From: Squalus acanthias
Taxonomy: Eukaryota
Assembly (NCBI GenBank): GCA_030390025.1
Contig: CM059432.1
Span: forward strand, 38,194,001 to 38,258,000
Direction: 5' to 3'
DNA: 64,000 nt
Made by a program: the position numbers and the translations under genes
Shown here: one piece after another, positions 25,341-38,241 of the stretch
Layout: every line of letters begins with the position of its first letter
Position numbering within the stretch: position 1 is the first letter of the stretch
Notes under the pieces: model-generated
Databases searched by the model: none
The model's input: only the letters and a program-made list of their open reading frames with translations
Told to the model about the DNA's origin: nothing

Positions 25341-28300
25341 AGATGTGAAAGGTTAGCTTTTATACTACAGTTGCAGCTGTGAACTATTCAGCTCGATGGA
25401 ACTCCCAACATACTTACCTGATGTAATTTCCGAACGACGTGAACCCCATTAAAAAGTGGTAAAATAGAAATATGCTGCCATAATAGTTGTTAACAAGCAC
25501 TTAACAAACATTTAACTATCTTAAATGCCTCCCCCGCCGCTTGGTGTCGGGTCTGTTCTGAAATCGCAGACCCAACACTTTGGAAACTTACATGGAGGCG
25601 GGTTCGGTGCGGGCTCCCAACCCACTGTCAATCATTTCGATTTTGACAGTGGACCCGCCTCTGAATCCGCCCTATGAGCGCCAGCAAAATCGTGGCCAAA
25701 GAGTCTGTTCGTTACCCAATTGGCATGGGAAGGCGGTGCTCCGTGAGGGTGGATGTGTTGGGCGACCAATGGCGTGAGTGTGGGGGCAGGGCAGTTGGAG
25801 GCAGGAGGTCATGTGATGAAACCTCCCGGAGTACGTCCAACCAGAGTTGTCAACCCTGTCTGTGAATCACCTGGTGGTACCTCCTTAAGGTCATTATCTA
25901 CATTCTATTGGGTGCGTATAGCTGTGCTCGTGCTTGCAACAGTTGTCAAAAATAATACAGGGTGTCGGTTTGCTTGTGGCCACTGGCAGGTTGTTCTTCC
26001 AGGCCTACAAAAAACAGAAGAGTAGCATATGTCCAAATACTTGTGCCAAGAGACACTTTCAAACAGTGCTTGCATTGCAGTATCGCGCATGTTATGTTTT
26101 GTGGTTAAATGTATAGCTTGGATTTTCCTGCACTATCCCACCCCAAATCAGGCAAAATGACAGGGCAACCAGCGGGAAAATAGGATTGCCAGGCCTAGCG
26201 ACCGACCTTAATTTTACTCCCCCACCCCATGCGATATGGCTACTGACTGCCGTTCCCGCCCCGCCCCCTCCCATATGAATGGTAGCAGGAAGGTTGCACC
26301 TGGCAAGCACCCCATTTCCCTGCCTTCTGCCAGGGAACACTGGGGGGGCGGGGGCGGTCTTTGAGAGCAGCAGATGGCCTGCTGATGCCCCTTTCGGAGG
26401 GAGAGGGGCCAGTAGTGGGCACCCCTCTTTCGCCTCAGACCTCAAAACCTTGCTTTTGTTAAGCCTCAGCTCAGTCCAGGGGCTAACACTAAAATAGCCC
26501 TTCGATCTTCTAGCCCAAATTTCCCTGAATTTAAAATTTTACTTTTTACCTTTTGAATTCTGACCCACAACAAGATGCCTCTGACGAGCTGAAATCCACA
26601 ACACAGTGGAACGAGCTGAATTTACTGGATTGAGTGAAAAGAAAAAGGCTGTCAAAAGTCAGAGATTATCAGTCAAAGATTTTAACATCAGCAGATCAAT
26701 TGTTCTGGCTGCAGTGAAATGTGACAACATATCGAGAAAGTGTACACAACTTTTGTACATGGCTTTCAATTTTGATGAAATTCACAGGCTGCGCTGCCAG
26801 TGGTTTTGATGAGCCTTTGAGCTGAGTCCTGCTGTCTGATCCATCCTTCCCTGCATGAGGAGAACATTTTCAAAAATCACATCACCATTTTTTCCTGCAG
26901 ATTTCAGGCCACATTTGATACTGGAATATCACTTAATCTATTCTGTTTCAAGAGCACTTCTAAGGATAAGCTGCCAGTGATCTATTCTGCAGTAGGTCCA
27001 CAGCCATGAAAGTGCGTGGGAGTGCATTTTGTCATAAATATCAAGATGTGCCCACCTAGGACCTCTGCCACTGAATCTGACAAAGTTTGTGGGATCAGGA
27101 GGAGGTACCTTAATGGAAGTGCCCGCCATTAGAAACATGCTGGAAAGTCCAGTAGAGGAGGGGGAAGTATGTCGACCATACGCCAGATCCCTTTGAGCTC
27201 TTGGACATGGGAATTCCCACTGCAAGGAGTCTCCACCCGTTGGCCCCCCCCCCCCTTATGACAACAGCCTTGTTTGGGGACAGGCTGAGGCTTCGCCCTC
27301 GCCCTTTCAACCACACACACAAGGCCATCCAGATACTTCAGCTGTAGGTCAGGGCCCGGCATATCCAGGTTTCTGGTTGTTCCGGTAGACTCTTACTGGG
27401 GTTTCTGTGGCTCTTCTGCTGACATTCCAGTGGATGGGTGGGAGAACACCTGTCGAAGTTCACCCCTGACCTCCCTGTCTTCAAGTCTTGCATCTCTGTG
27501 TTGCTGTTTTTGGCCGAAGCCTTTATTACATTATCAGACTGTACTGTACATTGACGCCAGAGCACAAGAGTTTGTCCATTTCCTGTTATAAATCAGTTGA
27601 GGTAAACTGCTAAATATTAAAGTTAATAAAGCATCAAATATAATAATCTGCTTCACATGCTGTGTTCAGAAACAGTCACCAATTATCTCCATGAAACAAA
27701 TGAAACTTTCACTGTTTTCTTCCAGATTTCCTAATTTGTCCTTTTCACCTTTCAGAAATTGAAGGCATCGTGGTTATCACACCACCATTCCCTGCAGCGT
27801 CTCTTACTTGCCCATCTAACTGTTTACTGGTTGCCAATTATTACTCTGTGTACCCTGTTATTACTAATGTCTAACTACAGTATATTGTTTCCATTGTGTT
27901 ATATGAGCTGCCTCCCACTTCTGACTAATTGTGACTGGATAGCTTGAAAATTCATTTAGCCAAGTATGAAGTGTTTAAGATCAGGGAACGGCTTCAGCCT
28001 CAAATACTGTTTCTTTCACAAGTGACTCATAGAGCTAGTATGAATGTTTCATTCCGTGACTCACTTGTCAACTTCCTGACTCACTACTTTGAATATTTAA
28101 TTCAACAATGGCACACAATACAAAGTGTAAGCATCGCTGTCCTATTCTCAGGCTTGTAGTTCGTTTTGACCCGTGAATTAAAAAACAAATTACAAGGGAA
28201 ATAGTTAATGAATCACCCAAAAGCTCTTAAGTTAAATAAGTTTGTTTATTAAAGAAAAAGAAGAGAGAAAATGAAAAAAAAACGCTTATAGATTTAAATG

Positions 28301-28880
28301 ACAATACAATGCCCTTCTTACTCTACTCTTGGCAATAAAGATGCTCTAGCAATACAATGCCCAAATATTTTCTGAGTAAATGGTCATACAATCACCCCGA
28401 AGTGACCAGCTCCTGTTGATTGCAGCTCTCTCCTTCCAATGATCGGTTGGGTTCCCTCCTTGTTGACTGCAGCTCTCCTTTCGACCCCTCAACTGCAGTA
28501 ACAAAGTTACCTTAACAGCTTCTTTTATATCTTTTCCTTTCAATGGTGGACACGATGTTACATCGCCAAGTCCTCAGTGACCTATCGAACATAGCCTTAG
28601 ATCATGATAACCAACAATATATCGCGGTTTTTGTTTAAAACTTAAAGTTAAAGCCCGCATGATACTGTCCATCTTACTTAAACCTCCTTTCAGTAAATTT
28701 TCATCATGTGAGGACCACAGTAACAGTTGATTGGCTGGATAACTCACGCAAATCTCAACCATCTAGCTTGCAAACTTTCTGATAAGGATTGTTTATTGAA
28801 GAGGCCCATTGAGTTCTGTATTATCTTGTCAAGGCCTAATTCCTCATTGTTTACACAGACGTCTCCTTTAGCTACACAAT

Positions 28881-29660
28881 GGGCTGGATTTTCATTGACC
28901 CGTGGAGGTGGGTTTGGAGGCGTGTGGGGGGTTAAAATTGCGAAAACTGGCGGGCGGGCACAAGCCCGCCTCCATCCCACCTCCACGCAATTTTCATTAA
29001 ATCGTGTCTGCTGGTCCCGACTCCTTCCCGCCTCTAAGAGGCGGGATAGGCTGTTAAGGCCCTTAACAAGCACTAAATTGGCTCTATAATGCCATTTTGA
29101 AAGGCCTTTGTGATTTTAACACTTGTTCTACGTGAAGCACACCTGTTCTGAACCACGAATGTGAAACCTGGCGGGAAGCAGAACGATCGAGCTGGCTGGA
29201 TCGAGCTGGCTGGATCGAGCTGGCTGGATCGAGCTGGCTGGATCGAGCTGGCTGGATCGAGCTGGCTGGCTGGCTGGCTGGCTGGCTATTGGGATGCATA
29301 TATGGATGGCTATGTGGATGGATGCATATATGGATGGATGGGGAGGAGACATATCTGGGAGTGGTGGTGTAAAAATATCTGGGAGCAGACTTAGGGCTGC
29401 TGCTCATTTTGCATCCAGGTCCTCTCACAGCAAAGGCCAGGCAGTCTCTGAAGACCTTCAATGCAGCAGCAATGATGACATCATCAGAGGCGACTTTCAG
29501 ACTGAAAACACTAATTGGGTCATGGGTTCCCACATGCTGGAACTCAATTGCCCAATTAGATGAAAATTGCATCAATCTCCCACATCCAATTGCAGTCGGG
29601 TGGATAACACGTAAAGTGGATGACACGGCCCCAACCCACCCCAGTATCAAAATCCAGCCC
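28881..29660. mobile_element. Harbinger-type MITE with internal 14-bp tandem repeat
   Basis: TIRs GGGCTGGATTTT / AAAATCCAGCCC, TSD AAT; about six copies of GATCGAGCTGGCTG at 29185-29270. Confidence 0.85.
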
Positions 29661-30029
29661 AATGTCTTTGTTCCTACTTGATAGCACTGTCTGGTTTTGC
29701 TGCTTTGCCACAGCTCAGCAGGTTTTAATTTTAAAAACAAGCTTTTCCCCCATCAGCACTGTTCCCAGCTTCCCAAAGCATGCTGATTGAATGTCCAGCT
29801 TGAAAATTGTATCAAAAAGGGCTTCTCTTTCTTACAAAGCCAAAAATATGCCAATGCCTACTGTATGAAAAAACAATGCAACATTCAATTCCATACATCA
29901 AGCCATAATTGAGCCAGTATCTGTATTATATTTTTGAATATAGGTTTAAGACAGGAGGTAGAGAAATGTAAATAGTTCTGGTATTAATGTTATTGCACTA
30001 TAACATGTTATTACACTCCAGTGTTTTTT

Positions 30030-31170
30030 TTTTGTTATTTTATTCGTCTATGGGATGTTGGCGTCACTGGCAAGGCCAGCATTTATTGCCGATCCCTAAT
30101 TGTCCTTGAGAAGGTGGTGGTGAGCTGCCTTCTTGAACCGCTGCAGTCCGTGTGGTGAAGGTACTCCCACAGTGCTGTTAGGGAGGGAGTTCCAGGATTT
30201 TGAACCAGCGACGATGAAGGAACGGCGATATATTTCCAAGTCAGGATGGTGTGTGACTTGGAGGGGAACTTGTAGGTAGTGGTGTTCCCATGCACCTGCT
30301 GCCCTTGTCCTTCTATGTGGAAGAGGTCGCGGGTTTGGGAGGTGCTGCCAAAGAAGCCTTGGCGAGTTGCTGCAGTGTATCTTGTAGATGGTACACACTG
30401 CAGCACCGCTGGTGGTGGAGGGAGTGAATGCTTAAGGTGGTGGATGGGGTGCCAATCAAGTGGGCTGCTTTGTCCTGGATGGTGTCGAGGTTCTTGAGTG
30501 TTGTTGGAGCTGCACTCATACAGGCAAGTGGAGAGTATTCCATCACACTCCTTACTTGTGCCTTGTAGATGGTGGAAAGTCTTTGGGGAGTTAGGAAGTG
30601 AGACACACGCCACAGAATACCTAGCCTCTGACCTACTCTTGTTGCCATAGTATTTATGTGGCTGGTCCAGTTAAGTTTCTGGTCAATGGTGACCTCCAGG
30701 ATGTTGATGGTGGGGGATTCGGTGATGGCAATGCCGTTGAATGTCAAGGGGTGGTGGTTAGACTCTTGCTTGTTGGAGGTAGTCATTGGCACTTCTGTGG
30801 CACGAAAGTTACCTGCCACTTATCAGCCCAAGCCTGAATGTCGTCCAGGTCTTGTTGCATGTGGACATGGACTGCTTCATTATCTGAGGAGTTGTGAATG
30901 GCGCTGAACACTGTGCAGTCATCATTGAACATCCCCATTTCTGATCTGATGTTGGAGGGATGGTCATTGATGAAGCAGCTGAAGGTGATTGGGCCTAGGA
31001 CACTGCCCTGAGGAACTCCTGCAGTGATGTGCTGGGGCTGTGATGATTGACCTTCAACCACCACAACCATCTTCCTTTGAGCTAGGTATGACTCCAGCCA
31101 GTGGAGAGTATTCCCCCCAATTCCCATTGACTTCAGTTTAACTAGGGCTCCTTGATGCCACACTTGTGAC
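30030..31170 (-). mobile_element. CR1-clade LINE, 3' part of RT ORF
   Basis: GVPQGSVLGPITFSCFIND, YKAQVRSVMEYSPLA. Confidence 0.85.
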
Positions 31171-32293
31171 ATTAAATTTCTTGCATAGGGCACCGATTTA
31201 ATAAGTGAATGTCATTGTATGACTAATAAAAAATGATTGAGTTTCTAAAGCATGAATTATGTTATCATACTGTTTTACTGATAATTTCTAAACACTGATT
31301 TTTTGGTGCTTTCCAAAAATGACATTAATTTTTATTTGTTTTGAACTAAAGCATTTTATATGCCTTTAATTTAATTCCTTATACCATTCATTACCCAGAA
31401 ACCAATGCCTTCCACATGATTATACAAATTTGCGACACCGACTGGTTGCAGCAACCACATGGCCTGCTTCATGATAGATTAAAGCTTGTTTACTGCCACT
31501 GCCTGCTTCCAACACCTGATCACATTTTCAGATGTCTACTTTTCCTGAGGGACATTCTACATTATTGGAACACTATACCCCCATTATTTTAACATTACAT
31601 ATTGCATATTTGTTTAGACTTATGCAGTGAGACTTAAACATTTGTGTCTGAGTGCTGAAGGCACCAAGAGTACTGGATATAATGACTGCAGGGAACGATA
31701 CATCCAGAAACTGTGGTGCAACGAGAAGGAGACATCATTTACCAAAGCACATATTCAAATGTTATTTGTAATTGAGTGTTTCAAAAATGACGCATAAGGA
31801 ATGAAATTGCTCTTTTAATGAAAAACAAGAGAATGCTTGTTTTATTTGTGTAATGACCCACTAACAAAATCATCTGCTCAGAAATCCCATGCTTCAAAGC
31901 TGTGCAACTTCATTAGCAGGCAACCTGGAGAAAAATGTGCAGACTTCTTTTTTTTAAAGGGGTATTTCACCCCATAGTTTGGTGTAGGGATGGAGCAACT
32001 TACTGGGGCTCCAACACTCCTTGCCATGGAGTGGTAGAACACAGGCCTGTACGTATTTCCCCAATCCCAGATGTGTCACCTTGAGGGCATGTTAATCAGA
32101 AACCAAGTGATTTTTTTCCCCAGGGAATATGAAAGGTAAAACCAATCTGGCCTATGCTGCTCTCGCACACCTCTTAGGGGTCAGATACAGTGGAGCATTG
32201 TCAGAGTCAGGAAGCAGGCAGCCAGCCCTTCTTCTCAACAAGAGTATGGGCACAGCAAAAGGTGATGGAGACAATTTTTAATAAAAATATAAA

Positions 32294-33054
32294 GGGGCAG
32301 AAATTAGGCTCGCCACGGGTGAGTACGCACTATGTACTCACCTGTGGACGGAACGAAAGTGCCAGTTTCTTGCATGCACTGCGCATGTGCGGGAAACCGG
32401 CACTTCCGTTCCCCTGAAGGAAGGGACTCAGAGGTCGAACGCGCACGCCGGAGAGGCAGCGCGTAGACCTCGCACTTCGTGTTTTTTTACAGGTTCCTCC
32501 GTGAGGGTAAGCACGGAGAAGATACACTTTGAAAAAGGAGGTGCAAGGCCTTCTTTTAACAAGGTAAGTGGTGATTTTATTCAAATTTAAACATTTTTTT
32601 CACAGATTTATCTTTTTTAATTACTTTAAAGAAAGGTAAGTTTAGTTTTAGCCCCGTTAAAAAGTGTAATTATTTTTTTCAAAAATTTAAATTTTTGTTT
32701 TAAATAGTTAATTTATGTTATTTATAGTTATTTTAAAAATGTAATTTTTTAAAACATTTATTTGTAGTTTTAGGGAGGTTTTGGGGCCGATTTGTATTCA
32801 TAGATTTGACAGGTCCTGTCAAATCTATGAATGAAAGATGGTCTGCTGCCATTGGCTCTCCATGGCCCACGTGATCCCAGGGGATGCATCGCACTAACTA
32901 CACCCCTGGGATACGCAAGCACTGCGCGCCGGCAGCTGGAGGAGGCCCAGGAGCCGAATTCCCCGCGGGCCCAGAGGTCAACGGCAGGCGCGGTAGGTAG
33001 GTGCGCGCGCGATCCTTGCACCCGCGGGAAGCCAGGGAGCCGAATTTCTGGCCC
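32294..33054. mobile_element. Harbinger-type MITE
   Basis: TIRs GGGGCAGAAATTAGGCTC / GAGCCGAATTTCTGGCCC, TSD AAA. Confidence 0.8.
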
Positions 33055-34429
33055 AAAATGTACAAAATTTCAAAGAAAAGTAAACAAAAAATGACCAAAA
33101 TGTGTCATCCATGCTGACATATTTTGCTAGATTTTTCAGACTTTAGGTCATATTTTAGTTATCAAAAATAACAAGGTTTTTTTTATAATTGAAGCAGCCT
33201 ATTGGTCTGAAATACTAATGGTCGACAAAGAACTTACACGTATTTTTTACTGTAGAATAGTGTATTTTATCCTACAACAGTTAAATGTGGGGGTTGAATG
33301 ACTTGATAGATTCAATTAATGGTTAAAAAGTATGTCCAGATGGCATTAATAACAAATGCTATTATCATCGACTGCAATAAAACAACTCAATCTTGTTAAT
33401 TTTATAAAAAATCTTTTCATGTTACACGTTTTTGTGCTCTGTCAAAATCAGCAACAAAAACGTAAAGCGACATTGTTGCAAGGGTTTACTGTGATGTCTC
33501 CAACCTAGTGCTGCAGGGAGCTGGCAATCATCTGCTACTGCCCAACTCTTCTGAGCCATACTTACCCTTGTCCCTTTCCCCTTTTCCTAGGTCCATCTGA
33601 AGATCTGGAGGCTGCATAACATCAATGGGAGGATAACAATCCTCCCGAAGAAGCACCGGCACACAATCACCCCGTTAAGTTCGGCGGGACTTCTGCTTCC
33701 CGGGCCTTGCCGGGTTCTTCGGCAGTTTTCAGCCTCTCCGCACCCTCCCCACCTCCCCATACATATTGGGGCCTGTATTTTCTAAGACCTCCTCTGTGAT
33801 TTTAAACCAAAGACTTTGTTGCTGAAATCTATTTTAAGTATGATTACAAAAGACAATTTTCATACAAAACTCAGCTTCCTGTTATTTTGCAAACTGTGCT
33901 GGCGCAGGTAACTGTTCGTGTTGTAACTGTGACAACAGGATTAATGTCATCAGCTACACTTTATCCCATTGCTGACTCTTGTTAGCCCAATGGATAGCAA
34001 ATGATGTCAACCAGCAAGTGTCTGCTTATATGTCACACCAGACTAATGTGAATCTGCCATTTGCCTAAAAACACACGTGGCATTGGTAGGTGAAGATATG
34101 GGTGAGATTTTCCGAAAACCCTGCACCATGGTTTCATGAAAAAGTGTGGGAGCACATCCTGCAATTTTCCGTCCATTGATCTCAGTTTGCAAGACGGCAA
34201 ATTTCATCTCTCATACTTGGTTAAGATGGAGATTTACACGATTGACAGTAGTTCATCCAAAGCCAGGGAAACATACCACTGTTCTGTGTATACTGCTTGC
34301 TCAACTGGTGGCAGGTTTCCCCGGAGTTGGGCGTCTGGATCAACTCTTGGATCAGCATGATGTTGCAGCCCCCATTAAAATGACAGCAGAAACTGGGACA
34401 AAGCTGGCTTCTTCTCACTTTTCAGAAGT

Positions 34430-34680
34430 TAAACTTCTTTACCCAGAGAGTGGTGAGAATGTGGAACTCGCTACCACAGGGAGTGGTTGAAGCGAACAGT
34501 ATGGATGCATTTAAGGGGAGGCTTTACAAGCATATGAGGGAGAAGGGAATAGAGGGTTGTGCTGATAGAGTTAGATGAGGAAAGACGGGAGGAGGCTCGA
34601 GTGGAGCATAAACGCCGTCATGGACTGGTTGGGCCGAATGGCCTGTTTCTGTGCCGTATATCTGATGTAATCCTATGTAA
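34430..34680 (+). mobile_element. CR1 LINE 3' end
   Basis: GTGGTGAGAATGTGGAACTCGCTACCACAGG and GGGCCGAATGGCCTGTTTCTGTGC, typical CR1 terminal sequence. Confidence 0.75.
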
Positions 34681-36076
34681 TGTGCAGTGTGCAATGGACG
34701 ATGAAACCCTAACTGAAGGGTTAATGATGGTGATGCAATCACTTATTGAGCGATAACCTGTGGTTGATTTCCTGAAAATAATGGAGTCACCATATATTAT
34801 AGCATTTTAAACATTGCTTAAAATGATCTTTCAGCTTTGGAATGAGTTCCCTTAAATCAAAGGCTCTCAATTGCTGTCAGGGGATGGCCCTGAATTGTGT
34901 CTTATTAACCACAAACTATTTTTTTCCAACACATGATGAAAGGCAGTCATATTCACAGTCTCATGACACCAGTTAAGCAGCATTCAATCATCAGTCAAAA
35001 TGCTGTGGGAATGATGGTAAAATCATACCTGTTTTTGTCAGCACTCCTTGGCAAATAACAACAGGAGACCGCAGGGTTTGAATGTAATTATCTTTGGAGG
35101 TAGAACACTTTGCTTCAGGCAACATGGCTCGAGCAAATTGTTCTTTTTCTGAAAATAAAATCCGTGGTGAAACTTGTTTTCATTACTGCTTGCACACCGC
35201 GCAAACAATTTTGTTAGTGGCTTAATGGTTGGTCTGTGCTTGATTTTAACAGAGGGGAAAAAGTAGGGATCACAAGCATTAAATTAAATTCTGAGATTGT
35301 TAGTAATGTCACTATGTTCACTGCCTGGCACTATAGCTTTCTATTATTTTTCCCTAAATGACGATTCAGCAGGGAGTTAGATGATAAGGTACATATTTTA
35401 TGGTCTTTCCTAGTGTGAGCAGAGAGATAGTTGCCCCGATATTAATCTAAAGGTGGCTTCGAGCGGGGGTGAAGGGGGGGCGTGGAATTGCGTGGGGGAA
35501 ATATGGAAGTCAACTCAGTGGGTCGCAATCTGCCATCTCAACTCAATTGTACCAATTAATTTTGACTTCTGTAAGGGGGCGTGTCTCAGACGGTGCTGGT
35601 GCGAGGTTAGGCCTTCGTTGCCTATACTATTGCTTGCTCTGGTCTCCGGCCAGCCTTTTTGCAATAAGCACCTGTGAGTGGTTCGACCCACTCGCCCTTA
35701 CGGTTCTGACACCTGGACTTAGATGCAAGGAGCAGTAATGCAGAGAAAACTCAAATAGACCCGGTTGAATAGCACGAAATGAATATCTTTATTGCATGGC
35801 GTCTAAAATCATGAAATACATGTCATAGGCGCAAATCAAAGAGAGTACAAGTATACACACGTTCATAAAGCTTGGTCTATGGAAATGGAGAACACACGGC
35901 ACATCGTAAAAAGGGGAACACATTATACCTTAACCTTATTAAAAAACCACCCTCCCTTAACAATATACCTAAACTACGTCTGGATTTGTAGGATCGTAAA
36001 ACATGCTCACCACTCGGTTTACTTCGGAGATTTTAAAATGAGGCACTCAGCTCGTTTCGCTGCAGCGCCTGAGTTC

Positions 36077-37793
36077 TGTAAGGGTTTTTGTCTCTCAGCC
36101 TGTGAGATTCGTGTGGCTCTGTGCAGCCCGGATGCTAGTGCGGGTTTAGGCCTTGTTGCCTGTTCTGGTCTCCAGCCAGTCTGGGAGCACTAGACACACC
36201 TGTGAGTGGTTCGACCCACTCGCCTTACGGTTCTAGACACTGGACTTAGATGCGAGAGCAGTAATGGAGATGAAACTCAGGTAGACTCGGTTGAATGGTA
36301 CGAAATGGAAAATCTTTATTGCATAGTACTTAAGATTACGAAATACATGTCATACGCACAGATTAATGACAGTACAATCTTACACGCAGTTATGTAATTA
36401 ATTTCAGGGAAACGAGGAACGAACGACACATCGTAAATGGGGGCACACATTACAATTATCCTTAATACTTGAAACCCTCCCCTATCAATATCTGTCCTAA
36501 GCTAGATTCGTAGGATTCGAGACTCATGCTCACCACTCGTGATAACTCGGAGAATTCCGAAAACTCTGATCGGATGTTTTTCACTGCAGCGCCCACGTGT
36601 CGATCAGGGGGTCTCCTGGCCCCACTTGTTTACTCGTTTCTGCTCCGGCGAGCAGGCTGGAACGTCTGCTGTCATGAAGATCTGTGTTGTCCTCGGAGTT
36701 CCGACTCTACTCAAAAAAGAGTCTTCCTGTGCCCTCGCACTGATGCGATAAAATTTGAAGAAGAGTCTTCCTGTGTCAGTTCTGTAGAACTCAAAGAAGT
36801 CTTCCTGGCAAGGAAAATGTCGATTCGACCTACAGGCGCGGTCGGGGCTTACTGACCGTGGCGATAAGTATGGTCTTCTTCTCTTCTCATCTCATCTCAT
36901 CTCATCTCATCTCGGGCCTTCGGTTCCAACACCGTTTACCGACTTATCGGAATGGTGCGCCCGCTTCAAGGCTTCAGAGCCCAGTTCTACACAGGTCTTC
37001 GCGACACGACACGAGGCAGATCCGAGCGGATCGTAAAGTTCAACAGTCTTTTGAAAAGAGACACGAGGCGAGCAGGAACAAGACGGCGAGTCAAGAGCAG
37101 CCACGAGGATAAACACCAGCAAGATAAGAGTCAACCGAATAAGAGCCAAGAGTCAAGAGAAAGATGGACGGTTTGGAGCTTGTAATTATAGTGTAAAATC
37201 TTCCGTTTCCCGCCCAACCTTAATGTCTTTTCTTTTGTTAGGGTTTGGCGCTCAAAATGTCTCGTATAGGGTGATCTTCGTTTTAATGGGTTTCGGGGCT
37301 ACTCGTAAATGTCTGAGTACCTGTTAATATTTCTCCCATTGTTTAATCGGTCGGTGTTCTCCCCGGAGGGGTTTTGGGGCTTCCAAGTGTTTTCTGTAAC
37401 TACCCACTAACGGCTCTCTCATCGTAGAGTCGTTGGGATTTTACATATTAATGTCTTTGGATGGGTTCTTGATTACTTGGTACAATAGCTTTTATTCGTA
37501 CCTGGGAGACCGGTTTCAGTATTTATGTGTATACTGTAAACCCATGATGTCTCGTGTATTATCTTAAATGTGCTGAGTCTTAATCGATCTTGCACAAATG
37601 TTTACTGGAACGCCATCTTGTCTGCCTGTCGAAAAGTCTAGAATGTTCTGCCACGAGGTGCGGTGGCCATTTTACAAGCTGCTTGTGTCCACTTTAAAAA
37701 CCTGACAGCATTCTGCTGAAATAAAAGCTGTTTGAACGAAACTATGTGTTTTTCTCCTTATTAATAAAATCGCGATATATTGCGAATTCTACA
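36077..37793 (-). repeat. 3' LTR of provirus
   Basis: Minus-strand TGTAGAATTC...CCCTTACA; PPT AGGAGGG at ~37796-37802; nearly identical to 47273-48982. Confidence 0.93.
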
Positions 37794-37970
37794 GTCCCTC
37801 CTGTTGATGCGAATAACTCCGCTTATCGTATCAAAAATATTGTGGTGAGCAATATTATCTCGATTTTCTCCGAATCCAGAAAATTTAATCCCATAACTTA
37901 AACTATCTAGGGTCTTTGCGTCGTCCTTATTTCCCAAGAAAATTACATTTTTTATCACCGTAGGCATCAT
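37761..37970 (-). CDS. Small 69-aa ORF crossing the PPT into U3 (possible accessory ORF)
   Basis: ATG-initiated, between env and the 3' LTR; no recognisable homology. Confidence 0.25.
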   Translation of the reverse strand: MMPTVIKNVIFLGNKDDAKTLDSLSYGIKFSGFGENRDNIAHHNIFDTISGVIRINRRDCRIRNISRFY

Positions 37971-38241
37971 TTGCCTTTAAACTTACACCACTTGTTTTCC
38001 TTCCAGGTGTAACCAGGCCGATGCCTCTCGTATCACCTGTATATTCATCTTTTATTTAGGGAAAGGAAAAACAAAACCCAAACCAAAACAATCATTTTTA
38101 ACTACAACACCATCACCAAAATAATCAACACCAACTCTTAAAACATGTCGAGTTCCAAACGTATTTACAGTCTTTGAAAATCATGATCGAGTACAAACTT
38201 CCGCGGCGCACGTGGCGAGCGGGAGTGACGCCATTTTCCGA

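Noticed and set aside
27700..27800. Strong splice-acceptor-like pyrimidine tracts (also ~26900 and ~33590) suggesting host exons
   Set aside because: No convincing ORF, donor or homology follows; needs RNA-seq
29084..29740. 218-aa ORF with SQPASSIQPARSSQLDP repeats
   Set aside because: Lies within a MITE and derives from its 14-bp tandem repeat
36907..37149. Signal-peptide-like ORF in the LTR (MALIRLTLILLVFILVAA)
   Set aside because: Non-ATG start, and the hydrophobic part overlaps an indel-variable region that differs between LTR copies
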